Below, piece after piece: positions 52,611-64,000 of a stretch of 64,000 bases of DNA; the first letter of the stretch is position 1, and every line of letters begins with the position of its first letter. The notes beneath the pieces were generated by a model. It was not told the DNA's origin, made no database searches, and worked only from the letters and a program-made list of their open reading frames with translations. The position numbers and the translations under genes were made by a program. Source of the DNA: the human T2T-CHM13v2.0 reference genome, Homo sapiens. Location: the NCBI RefSeq assembly GCF_009914755.1, contig NC_060930.1, one strand, 5' to 3'.

Positions 52611-55005
52611 GTATGTTTAGTAATCTTATTGTTGCTATTTCTATCTCTGGATCTTAAGAGTTATTATTAGTTTGATATAATAATTGTAATGATGTTGTAT
52701 TGTAATGATGTTGTCTTTCATTTAATAAAATTTATAAATGAATACATTACAAGATGATTCATTTTTCCAGGGTATTTTTCTACTGTTACATATTACTTAT
52801 TAGTTACAGTTGTAGAATGAATCATTGTGCTGCTTAAGCAACAATAATAACCAGTTTTAAATATACACTTCTTATTCTTTTTACTGTCAGAATACTATGG
52901 GAATAATAAATTACTTACAAACCTGATAGAATTCATTCCAGACCATGTTATAGGTGCAAGATCCTTTTGAAGATGGGTTCTGGTTTTAGGTCTGCAACTT
53001 AGCTCAACAATTACTTTGAAATGATTTTTTTAAATGAAAAAGTCAATCATAGAAGCAACTGAATTTATAAGTTGTGTACTTTTTGGCAGAAAAATAAAGC
53101 TCTAGGGGTAGAGAGGAAAGCGATGCTTCATCGAGGCCTAATTAGATCTTGTGGAGCTGCTGTGGGGATCCGGACCTAGGGAGGAGGAGGATGTCAGGCT
53201 CATTATGAATACACGTCTTTGTTCAAGTCTTTTGCTTGCAATACCCACTTTAGACACTTTGCTGACAAGCCTTTACTTTCTAGGAGGAGAGTGTTGTAAA
53301 AAGGGCTCCTTGAGTAGGAGGAAGCAGCAGAGCCAGAGGAGCTGAGGCCAACATTCCCTCTGCATTCTGTGTCCTGGCTCATAGGCCAGGAAGATCCTGT
53401 TCCCACAGAAGCAAGGCTTGGCCTTCCTGCTTTGGCCTCTCCACAGGCTGAGGACACAGCTCTGAGCTCCACCTTACCCTCTCCCCACTTTGTCCACTCT
53501 GAACTCTGAGTTCTAGCCTCCTGATAGTGTTTGTCTATGACAGCTCAGAATAATATTAAAGATTTTCAGGTGCTTTTACAAGACACACCTCCAAGTTAAT
53601 TTCATTTCAAAATGAAAGAGCAGCACGTTCCTCTGGTATAACCAAAAATGATTTCAGTAAGCACAGTGCCTCAAATCTTTAGCTGGGTCTGTCTGTGGCC
53701 ACTGAGTGGCTGCACATACCAGAGTGCACAGACCAAAGTTAGCATTAACAGATAATGGACTGACTCCACATATTCTTATGGCCTGAAATTCTGGCTCATG
53801 ACTAGTTCATGTCAACTGCAGGGTCCAAATGTCATGTTCTGCAGAGTGGGGTAAGCCAACTGAGTCTAAGCTAAAACTTCACTCCATCATGGTGATAATG
53901 CTAGTTTAAGTTTAGGCACAATGTCTGTAACTGACCAATTTCTATAAAATGCCTCGATTTTTATTTTTCTGGGCTGTAGGATTACTGGGGTATACATACA
54001 TACATATACTAATACATGCTGATTTTTGTACATTATTTTCTAAATGTCAACAGTGAGCATGATACTACTTTTATAATCAAGAAAAAAGTAAGTATTGGTT
54101 TTAAATGGATGCCCCATGAATATGAAAAAATAGAAGTGTTTTCAGAAATTCCTGTCTCATTTGGCCACAGTAATACACTTCCAGAACATTTCACTCCTAA
54201 GAGTTTTTGAGCCTGACTTCTGGAAATAACACCAGACTCTTTGTTACTGTGTTCAAGTTACCAGGATTCATGTTTTGCACTAGCCTCCATGCTTCCTGGC
54301 TCTTATTTCTGGGTTCTTCGGAGATGAAGAAGTACCGCATGCTGCCAAAGGTAGCGTCGTGACTTCCAGGGGCACATGAGCACAGCTCTCTGCCCCAGGC
54401 CTGGTGAAAAGCAGAGAAAGTGTATCTTTGCGATTTTTCTTCTTCACATTTCTCTTTCTCCTCCTCCACGTCAGGCCACCTCTGCTTTATGCTCATTCTG
54501 TTTTTAAAACAGCTTTCCTTACTCTTTTACAAGTGTGCATGCGGATGTGTGGACACAGGAACTCAAGTTCCCTGATAGCACATATGCATTCGGATTTTAC
54601 CTTCAATGCTAGGATTCAATTTTAACAAGGACACATAGAAAGCCATCTCTGCAGTCTCACTGCTGGCCTTATGAAGAACTGAGGCCTCCTATAGAGTCAG
54701 CCCCTCTGCCCCAATTCTCCACAGAGATTCTTTATGGGCCCCTGGTCACAGACAACTCCTCTTTCTGTCTGAGGAGAGATCCTACTGGGTCTGTTAGCTC
54801 CTTGGGTACCAAAGATACCTCAGAGACCAGCCTATTAGATGACGGCCTTGGAGTCAGGCACTCAGTTGTGGTCATGATCCAAAGCAAGACCTGTGTGTAC
54901 AAGGACTTCTGACCCCTGACTGCTTTGCTGAAAAGAGGTCTTGAGTGTGCCAGGTGTCCAGCCTCCTCTTTGTTTCCTTCCTCTCCCTACTTTCCTCGTC
55001 TCTTC

Positions 55006-55555
55006 TGTGAAATAAATAATTCAAAATAAAAGCTGTTGGGACTTTAAATTATTTTGAGCCTTGAAGGAATGTGAATATGGGACCTGAGTCACATAACAGG
55101 CAGCTGTGACCTAGGCAGCTGTAACCTGTTTCTCTGATTATAGACTAGCCTTTTCATTACCTACATTGTTTTGTAAAATGCTATAAAAGACTAAAGGGCA
55201 CCAGAGAAGACCTCTTTTATTATAGATTAACTTCCCTCTTTATTCTCTTACACAAACGCCTTAGATTGTCTAAGATGGAATGTTAAACATATACTTTTAA
55301 ACTGGAAAAGAAAAAGAAAACAAACTGTAACTAATCAAATTGCTGTAACTCATAAACCAGCAATATATGAAAAATGCTGTAATCCTATTAAATTTCTTTG
55401 TTTTCTGCCTGTGTAAATAAGACCTTAACTTTTCAGCTTCATAGCACTAACCACATTCCTTTAGAGTCTGTGTTTCCCAGATGTCTATCCTTAGCTTTTC
55501 ACTTGAATTAACTCTTAAACTGGATTCTGATCCATTTTATTATTTCAGGTTGACA
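55006..55555 (+). mobile_element. ERV1 MER4-group solo LTR (MER87-like)
   Basis: TGTGAAATAAATAATTC...TTTCAGGTTGACA; TSD-like cttc/cctc. Confidence 0.75.
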
Positions 55556-55803
55556 CCTCCTACTGCTTTCTGGCTATGCTGGATTCCTTCCTCCCAGCTC
55601 TCTTTCTCTTCCCTCCCCTCTGTCTTATCCTGCATTATCTTGTTGATAATATTCCCATGAGGTTGCCCTTAGACTTCAACCAATCTCATAACCCCATTCT
55701 CTCACACAGCCAACATATTTTTGTGTGCTTACCAAGTGCTGGCAAGAGGAAGACTTCTTTTGGTAGGAAACGTAAACTAAGCCAGTAGTGTCCAAAAGGC
55801 TTA

Positions 55804-56181
<378 letters not shown>

Positions 56182-57269
56182 TTATTGTTGTGGTCATGCA
56201 ATATGTATCTTTTTTAAAGTTCATCAAGTGTGAGGCCAATATCACCTCTGATCTGGTGCAGTGGTTCATGCATAGAAGGAATGTAATTAATATTTATAAT
56301 TAGCTTGAGTTATTTTATATTTTAAGCAAATATTTATATTTGTAAATTCCAAAAGTAGAATATGCTCTTTTTTTTACAAACCTTGTCAGTAAATAAAGAA
56401 TTAATCTTTTGTTTCAGATATTTATTCTCATTGGTCTTATTACCAGACACCTTTTCTGAAGTCTTTACACACCTGTTTTTTTTTTCTCTCTCTCTCTCTT
56501 TAAGTACACTTGCCCAATAATTCTGTGCCACTATCATCCCACTCCCACTTTAATTTCACTAAGCTGCATTTTATGTTTAGTATTTCATAATGTGTCTTGC
56601 CTTTTGAAAAGGATAAAGTTTTGGCATTAGTACTGTAAATTTGTGATTATATAACAATCAAGTACTGCCAATGTCCCTGAGATAAGATGACTTAAGAGAA
56701 ATAGGCATTAATAGGAATAGGAAAAATACCAGACAGCATTATCAAGTAAGTAAAGCCTATTTTCATGCTCTCTCAATCTCTCCTTTGGCTCTTTCCTCTT
56801 CCTCTGGTCTGTGCAGTCCCCAAGAACACACAGTGCTCTCAAGCTAACGGTGTCTTACACTTGCAAAGAAGTGCCTTAGGCTCTGGGCCTCTCTCTCTCT
56901 CTCTCTCTCTCTCTCAGCTCCTTCCTGAAGACCTTAACTCTTTCTGGACTGAGCTAGTGAACAGCTAATGTCTTCATAACCATAATATCTTATTGTTTTG
57001 CACCTCTTAGTCAGTATCTGCATTTTAATCTTGGGTCTCTTAGCCAAAGGCAAGAGTAGCCCAGAGAGGCAGGCCTTGAAGCCACGTGCACGTGAGACCA
57101 AATGTGGTTACTCCTAAATAACATACTGATGATGCCTAGTTTATGAAAATAGTTTTCCTTCTGGGTTGCAGTTAGAAATTTTATGTAATCTAGCAGATAA
57201 AACTGAAAAACAAATTTTATAAATTTCATACTGAAGCTAATTCATTAGCTAATTCAGACTAGTTAGTTC

Positions 57270-57945
57270 ACTTTTTTGCATTTTTCTTTAGATAAATTTA
57301 TATAACATAAACTTATCCATTTTAAAGTGACCAATTCAGTGGCATTTAGTGCACTCACAGTGTTGTGTTGTGTAACCACCACATCTGAAAGGAAACTTGT
57401 ACTCATTAAGCAGTTGCTTCCATTTCCCACTTCCCAGCCTCTGGCAGCCGCCAGTCTTCATTCTATCTCTATGGGCTTACCTATTCTTGATATTTCATAT
57501 AAATGGAATCATACAATATGGGACCTTTTGTGTCTGGCTTCTTTCACTTAGCCTGATGTTTTTGAGGTTCATCCATGTTGTAGCATGTTTTAGTACTTCA
57601 TTGTTTTTATGGCTGAATAATATTCCATTTTATTTATCTACTACAATTTGTTTATCCATTCATCTCTTGATGGACATTTGGGCTGTAGTCACCTTTGGTC
57701 TACTGTGAATAGTGCTGCTATGAACATGTGTGTCCATGTATTTGTTTGAGTACCAGTTCTCAATTCTTTGGGGTATATACCTAACAGTGGAATTGCTGAG
57801 TCCTGGGGAAATTAATTCTGTGTTTAACTTTCTGAGAAACTGTACGACTGTTTTCCACAGTGGCAGAACTATTTTACATTCCTGCCAGTAATGTACAAAG
57901 GTTCCAACGCCTCCACATCTTTGTCAACACTTGTTATTTTCCTGT
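57270..57945 (-). mobile_element. L1MB-like 3' end
   Basis: 'ggaatcatacaatatgggaccttttgtgtctggcttctttcacttagc' and 'ttgatggacatttgggctg'. Confidence 0.85.
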
Positions 57946-58159
57946 TAATTCATATTTAAATAATCAAGTTTAAATATCTAATATTGGGCATAAATATTCA
58001 TCCTACAAGGAGATCTTCTAGGGAGTCAAGAAACCAAAGAACTAGACCATTAATTTGCAATGCAGAAATAATTAAAATTAAAAGGAAAAGATATATTAAA
58101 TACTTTAATTCATTAACATGATTTACTTGCACTTCATCTCATTCCAAATTGGATGTGGC

Positions 58160-58355
58160 TTACAGAAGTACTTACAGTTTAGAGTTTCCATACTCCTTGT
58201 ATCAGAATCTCTGAGGATGCTTGCTGATAACACAAGCAGTCTGGCTCCACCAAATCTAAGGCCTTGAACTCTCAGGGCATTAAAAGGCAGCAGATGCCTG
58301 GGAATCTGCATTTTAAATATGCTTTCTTATTTAAACTGAAGTTGAGAACCACTGA
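58160..58355. mobile_element. MER5-family MITE remnant
   Basis: 'gcctgggaatctgcattttaa...gttgagaaccactg'. Confidence 0.6.
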
Positions 58356-60309
58356 GATAACTAGACCAAACGATCGCAGTCAAATAAAGGATTGAAGTTC
58401 ATCAGCAGCAGCCTTTAAGGTATTTGTAAGTAAAGACCTCATTGTGGCAGGACTCTTGGTTCTGTACAAAGAGAGGTTGTTGGCCTTTTGGAACCTTACA
58501 CGTTAATGTAATTAAAGATTGTCTGTCTTTCCAACTTTTGCGATTAGTTTTTGGCATATATTTAGATCTCTGATAAATATTCTGAACGTTTTGAAAAGTG
58601 TGAGTCTTTATATTGCATTGAAATGGTTAGAATTTTATTATAGAATCTGAGAATACACCCAACTTAAATAGCTGACTTCATGTCTTCATTATTAGAGGTC
58701 TCTTCCCCATATGTGTCTTTGAAAGTGTGCCTGAATTTTTGAATTATTAAGTGTGGGACTTTATATTTCTTTTTTTTAAGAATGATTTTTGTTAAATTGG
58801 TCACTTTAATGTTTCTATCGCTTTTGGGGGATGAAGATTTTATTAAAAATTTAATGGCAGCTCTGAATCCTTTCCTCACTCCCCACCTCCAGATAACAAA
58901 TGAATAATCCACAGCCCCTCGTGGTTTTTAATACACTTATGGGGCTCCATGGCTATGAGGTTGAGAATATTAAGGTGTTCAAGCCTCTTTCTCCTTGTGT
59001 ACATCTGTAATTTATTTCAGCAAGTTAAAATTTTCCCCTTATTTTTTTACACAGTGGAAAATACTGTAACACTCAATATACCCCCACCCCCGCCGAGAAA
59101 AAACCCAGACTCCCAGTAATTTCAGTCACTCTAAATGAAAGAAAGCAGAAATGGCCTTTTTAATAGAGAATAAAAGGCTGACATGAACCCCAAGCATTTT
59201 CTGTGGTAAAAGAGCAAGAGATACAACCATGAGAAATATTGGGCAGCAGATTAAATGGAGGAGGACACATTGACAAAGATGAAAAAGAGAAATATGACAT
59301 GATAACAAAAGAATAGAAGGGCTTAATTTTAAAATAACAGTGTATTCTCATTTAATGGAGAGACTAAAAGCATTATTCTCTTTAGTGGTCCCTAAACATA
59401 CTCCTTTTACAGTAATCAGTGTATGTATGCACACTGAAGACTCTTGCTCATCAAGGAAAGACAGGGTTCTATTGATTATACTATGTTTGTAGAATATGTA
59501 ATTCACTTTAGATTTTAGAAAGATGTCCATGTACATATAAAAAATGTTCTGTGAACATAAAGAAATGGATAATGTTAAATTGCCAGGACATTTTGCTGAT
59601 ATTAAAAACCCCAAGATATTGCTACTTCTTACTGTGGTATTTAAGATGCTTGTGATTCAGTATTTCTGCTTGTTTTGCTTACGTGATTATTTGTGTATAT
59701 AAAGGTTCGCAAAACCATTTCTGTCTGTTCACTATTGGCGCTAGTGAAAGACTGGGGGGTTTTATTGCATGTTTTGCTTTTGCAAAGGCAGATGCCCTTC
59801 TTGAGCTGCTTTCCCAGGAGCTGTGACTCTGGTGATCCAAGGAACGCATTTGCAAGATGACTGACAGCCTGACAGGGTTGGTGTGATGCAGCTTGTGGTC
59901 CGAAGTAGAGTGACACTTTACAGTAAATGAGCCACAGTTGCTCCTTTTTAAAAAAAATTTAGTAAGAAATCCACTAAAGTGACAGAGTTTTATTACCTCC
60001 ATGCATGTGGGATACTAAGGTAGTTCTAATGATTCTTTTCCGGCTTAACAAGGAAAAGTCACAAAATTTGTTTTCCATATTTCAGAAAACAAAGATGTAA
60101 ATGTAAGCACTGATACCAGAGCAATATGTTATAGAGTATGACAACTAATTAAAATCAAAGACTTTGTGATTTATTCAGATTTATTTTCACAGGATAGAAC
60201 AGCACTTTCCAAAATCTGAGTACTTTACAGAGCTCTTTTGTTAGAAATTGCATTTGCAAGAGCAATTTTATAGTGCTGAAGAGATCTGCTTTTCTGTAGC
60301 ACAGGGGAA

Positions 60310-60830
60310 AGAGGAAATATGTCCATACGAAGCCTTGTACATGAATGTTCATAGCAGCTTTATTTGCATTAGCCTAACCTAAATGCCCTTCAACAGGCAA
60401 ATAAACAACACACTTTGGCATATTCATTCAATAGAATACTACTCTGCAAAAAAAGGGGAAGAACCATTGATAATGCAGCAACATAGATGAATATAAAATA
60501 ACTATCTGCAAAGCCAAGCAAAAATGAGTATATACTCTATGATTCAATTTGTATAAAATTCTAGTAAATATCTGCAAACTAAACCCTAGGGAAAGAAAGT
60601 CAGTCAGTGGCTGTCTGGTGAGAGTGGATTGGGGGAAAGGAAAGAAGAGGGAGGGAGGAAGAAGAAGAAGCAAGTAAAAGGTGATGAATATGTTCACTTC
60701 CTTGATTGTGATAATGGCTTCACGGGTAGATACATATGTTAAAACTTACAAATTATACATATACACTTTAAATGTCTGCAGCTTATTGTATGACAGTTAC
60801 AGGTCAATGAAACTGTTAAAAAGAAAAATC
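60310..60830 (+). mobile_element. L1M 3' end remnant
   Basis: 'cttgtacatgaatgttcatagcagctttatt' and 'tactctatgattcaatttgtataaaattctag'. Confidence 0.8.
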
Positions 60831-60885
60831 AACACAAATCACTCTTTTACATACATCCTCTAATCCCTTGTTCCTTCCTTTCTTA

Positions 60886-61215
<330 letters not shown>

Positions 61216-61535
61216 TTAGAAACCAAAAAATAAGCAGTGGCTATTTCCTAGCAGGATACAGGTGATTTTTATTTTCTTGTTTATGTTTTTCTGTACAATC
61301 TCACTTTTTTTTTTAACAAGCAGCATAAATTACTTCTATAATCATTAAAATGAAAAATTCTGTTTCTACTTTGAGATATTAGACTATCATCTGTATGGGG
61401 TGTATTTGGCAAACCTACACATGGGATTGTATAAATAGGAGGGTCAGAGGCTGCTTTGGAATACCCAGAGCTTCTGTAAGTATCCTTTTTTGCTGGTCTG
61501 ACATTTTCCCCCACCATTTCCCCTCCGCCTTGTAG

Positions 61536-61684
61536 CTAGAAGACGAAATTACAACACTACGACAAGTTTTGTCAGCGAAAGAAAGGCATCTAGTTGAGAT
61601 AAAACAAAAACTCGGCATGAACCTGATGAATGAATTAAAACAGAACTTCAGCAAAAGCTGGCATGACATGCAGACTACCACTGC
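61536..61684 (+). CDS. TPD52L1: TPD52L1 coding exon 3 (149 nt, phase 0 to phase 2): LEDEITTLRQVLSAKERHLVEIKQKLGMNLMNELKQNFSKSWHDMQTTT(A); D52-family coiled coil
   Basis: D52-family motif EDEIxTLRQVLxAKE+HLxE+KxKLG. Branch-point-like CTGAC at ~61498, pyrimidine tract and tgTAG| acceptor; donor TGC|GTAAGT at 61685. Confidence 0.97.
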
Positions 61685-62240
61685 GTAAGTATCATATGAA
61701 CAGTGTTTTATTAACTCAGCCTGATGTCTCCTCACTCTGTTGTGTTTTGTTTCATTTTTCCTACAAGGCTGATTTGGTGCATGAAGCTAGGAAAAAAAAA
61801 TACTTTCTCTAAAAGCAAAGCAAAGAAATGTGAATAATCATTAAGTATGCTGCATGTGAAGCAGATTCTATAAAGTAGCTTCATGAAATAAAACTCTGTT
61901 CACTGAAACTCTATTTTCACTCAGACTACTTTCATTAGGTTTTATTGTTTAAATGTTTTTCTCTTTATATTTTTAACATTTGTCAAATATACTTTTTTTA
62001 AAACTTTTTCTCATAAAAACTATAAATGGGAAGGTGTTTTCTCCTCAGCACACTTGACACTCACTATGTATGTCTTCCAAAAGTGGTTGGCAGTTTCAAT
62101 ACTGACTTGCTGGCAATTGATTTACAAAGAAAACCTTGTACTTTTCATCTTTTGTTTTGCACTTTTCATTCTCACTATTCTAGGGAATATTTAGAGCTGG
62201 GTTTAGACCAGTTTTAGAGCTTGGTTTAGATTACAGTTTT

Positions 62241-62584
<344 letters not shown>

Positions 62585-64000
62585 TTATTCTACAATCACA
62601 CTTTTTTTATTAGATTATTCTTAAGTTGCATGAAATATTTAATGATGATGGTACTTTTCTAATGTTGCAAAGTATTTTACCTGCTGGGGGTCTTGTACCA
62701 AAGGGGAGTACTCCACATATGTGATGTGATTTTTCTTCTTTTTGTGTATTGGGGGTTAGGGGCTGATGAGGAAATCACAGAGGCTTTATCCCTAGCCCTA
62801 ACTTTAGTCCCAAATTTCACCATTAAGAAATTGTCTTTGGGTTATGCATTTTCTTCTCTACTATCACACTTTGGAAGGTAAAGATATTGCATTCCTAATA
62901 CCTAAGTGGGAGTCAATTTTTCTTTCTCCTAGGCATAGAAAGGCCTGATGGTAGGAAGAGGTACCAATAATTGACAGCAATTATTTCAGTTTTGCCAGCA
63001 GCCAAATTTGCCTGCTGGTTCCTAAGAACTAAGATGTAAGCCTTTTTGCTCCTATGAGAAGATGTCCTTTGTATGAGGAATTGGGTCTAAAACGAGCATG
63101 ACATCTCCCCAACTTCCTTAGTTTCCATAAGAATGAGAATGTTTTTCTCCCTCTAAATATGGCCTAGCAGTCCTATTGGGCTCTATGCTTGTGCACCCTA
63201 AGGACTCAATCAGATAGGTTCAGGGCACAGCCCAGAGTCAGGCAGAATGTAGCCAGGGAGCTTGTCAGTTTATCTCCAGAAGTTAACCAACATTCCCCAA
63301 CCTAATGATGACAATTACGGGAAAAAATAAGAAACCACACATTGATGTGCAGCAATTTAAAAGATAAGTTGCAACACCATATGAACAATCTCCTGAAAGG
63401 ATAACTGGATTTTAGGCATTAAATTAAATGAGCTTATCTGTCAGTAGTTTTGGCCTCTGTCTTTCCACTTTCGTGGCCAATACCAATTAATGGCCCTGAC
63501 AGTGTAAAGTTGAACAAGCTCTAATTCTCTGGGTTTGGTCACCTCTGTATTTAATCCAGGCCTGAGGGTTTCGTATAACACTGGTCTGAACTTCCCTGTG
63601 GGGTATAAGTACCAGGAAGACCTTCCTGCATGGCCTTCCTAATCACATTGCATAGGTAAACTAACCAAATGGAAGGTGGGGCAATGCTGGCAGTTTTGTT
63701 GCTGAAGGAGAGAGGTGCCTGGCAGGGAGGTGGGAATGTCTGAGCAGAGGGAGTGTCAAGTTTGTGCAAGGTCTGCCAGGGGAAGGGAGGGGAGAGACTC
63801 ATATTCCTCCTGGGACTGGAAATAGAGCTGGCAAGTTCAAGGAAGGCTTCTAGCCTCTTCCCACAGGGGATAATGTCTAATTTGTGTTTTTCCATGTTTG
63901 AAAAACTAATAGGTTTTATAGCCAGGTAGTCTACTTAATGTAAAGCATTTTGCTGGATGAATAGCCTAGATTTATTCCCTGGGGTTATGGAGTTTAGAGT

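Noticed and set aside
52464-52670. 68-aa ORF as a standalone gene
   Set aside because: It is exon 2 plus read-through into flanking intron; splice sites define 52495-52610.
61415-61735. 106-aa minus-strand ORF
   Set aside because: Antisense shadow of exon 3, with no independent coding signal.

Overview
Human (primate) genomic DNA from the TPD52L1 (tumor protein D52-like 1, hD53) locus, sense on the + strand. The first ~52.5 kb are the distal part of a very long first intron; exon 1 is not in the window. Then come coding exon 2 (52495-52610), intron 2, coding exon 3 (61536-61684) and the start of intron 3. The two exons splice in frame to give GLLETEPLQGTDEDAVASADFSSMLSEEEKEELKAELVQ|LEDEITTLRQVLSAKERHLVEIKQKLGMNLMNELKQNFSKSWHDMQTTT(A), the N-terminal coiled-coil region of D53. 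The rest is repeat-rich intron: 12 Alus, ERV1/ERVL/MaLR solo LTRs, MER1A/MER5/MER20/MER58 DNA transposons, L1/L2/MIR remnants and microsatellites. Nearly all other ORFs in the track are repeat-derived or chance. I see no clearly new biological system. The most unusual signals are (i) three local templated-copy scars of different ages: a perfect 49-bp copy with fold-back junctions, an ~85% inverted duplication inside one LTR, and an 87% 79-bp copy; and (ii) a possible splicing/translation control module around exon 2: a 29-nt frameshifting micro-exon candidate, an AG|GT re-spliceable exon start, a 2-codon uORF before the internal Met, and a candidate alternative promoter at ~36.1 kb. Repeat subfamily names are from recall of consensus sequences and need RepeatMasker/Dfam confirmation.
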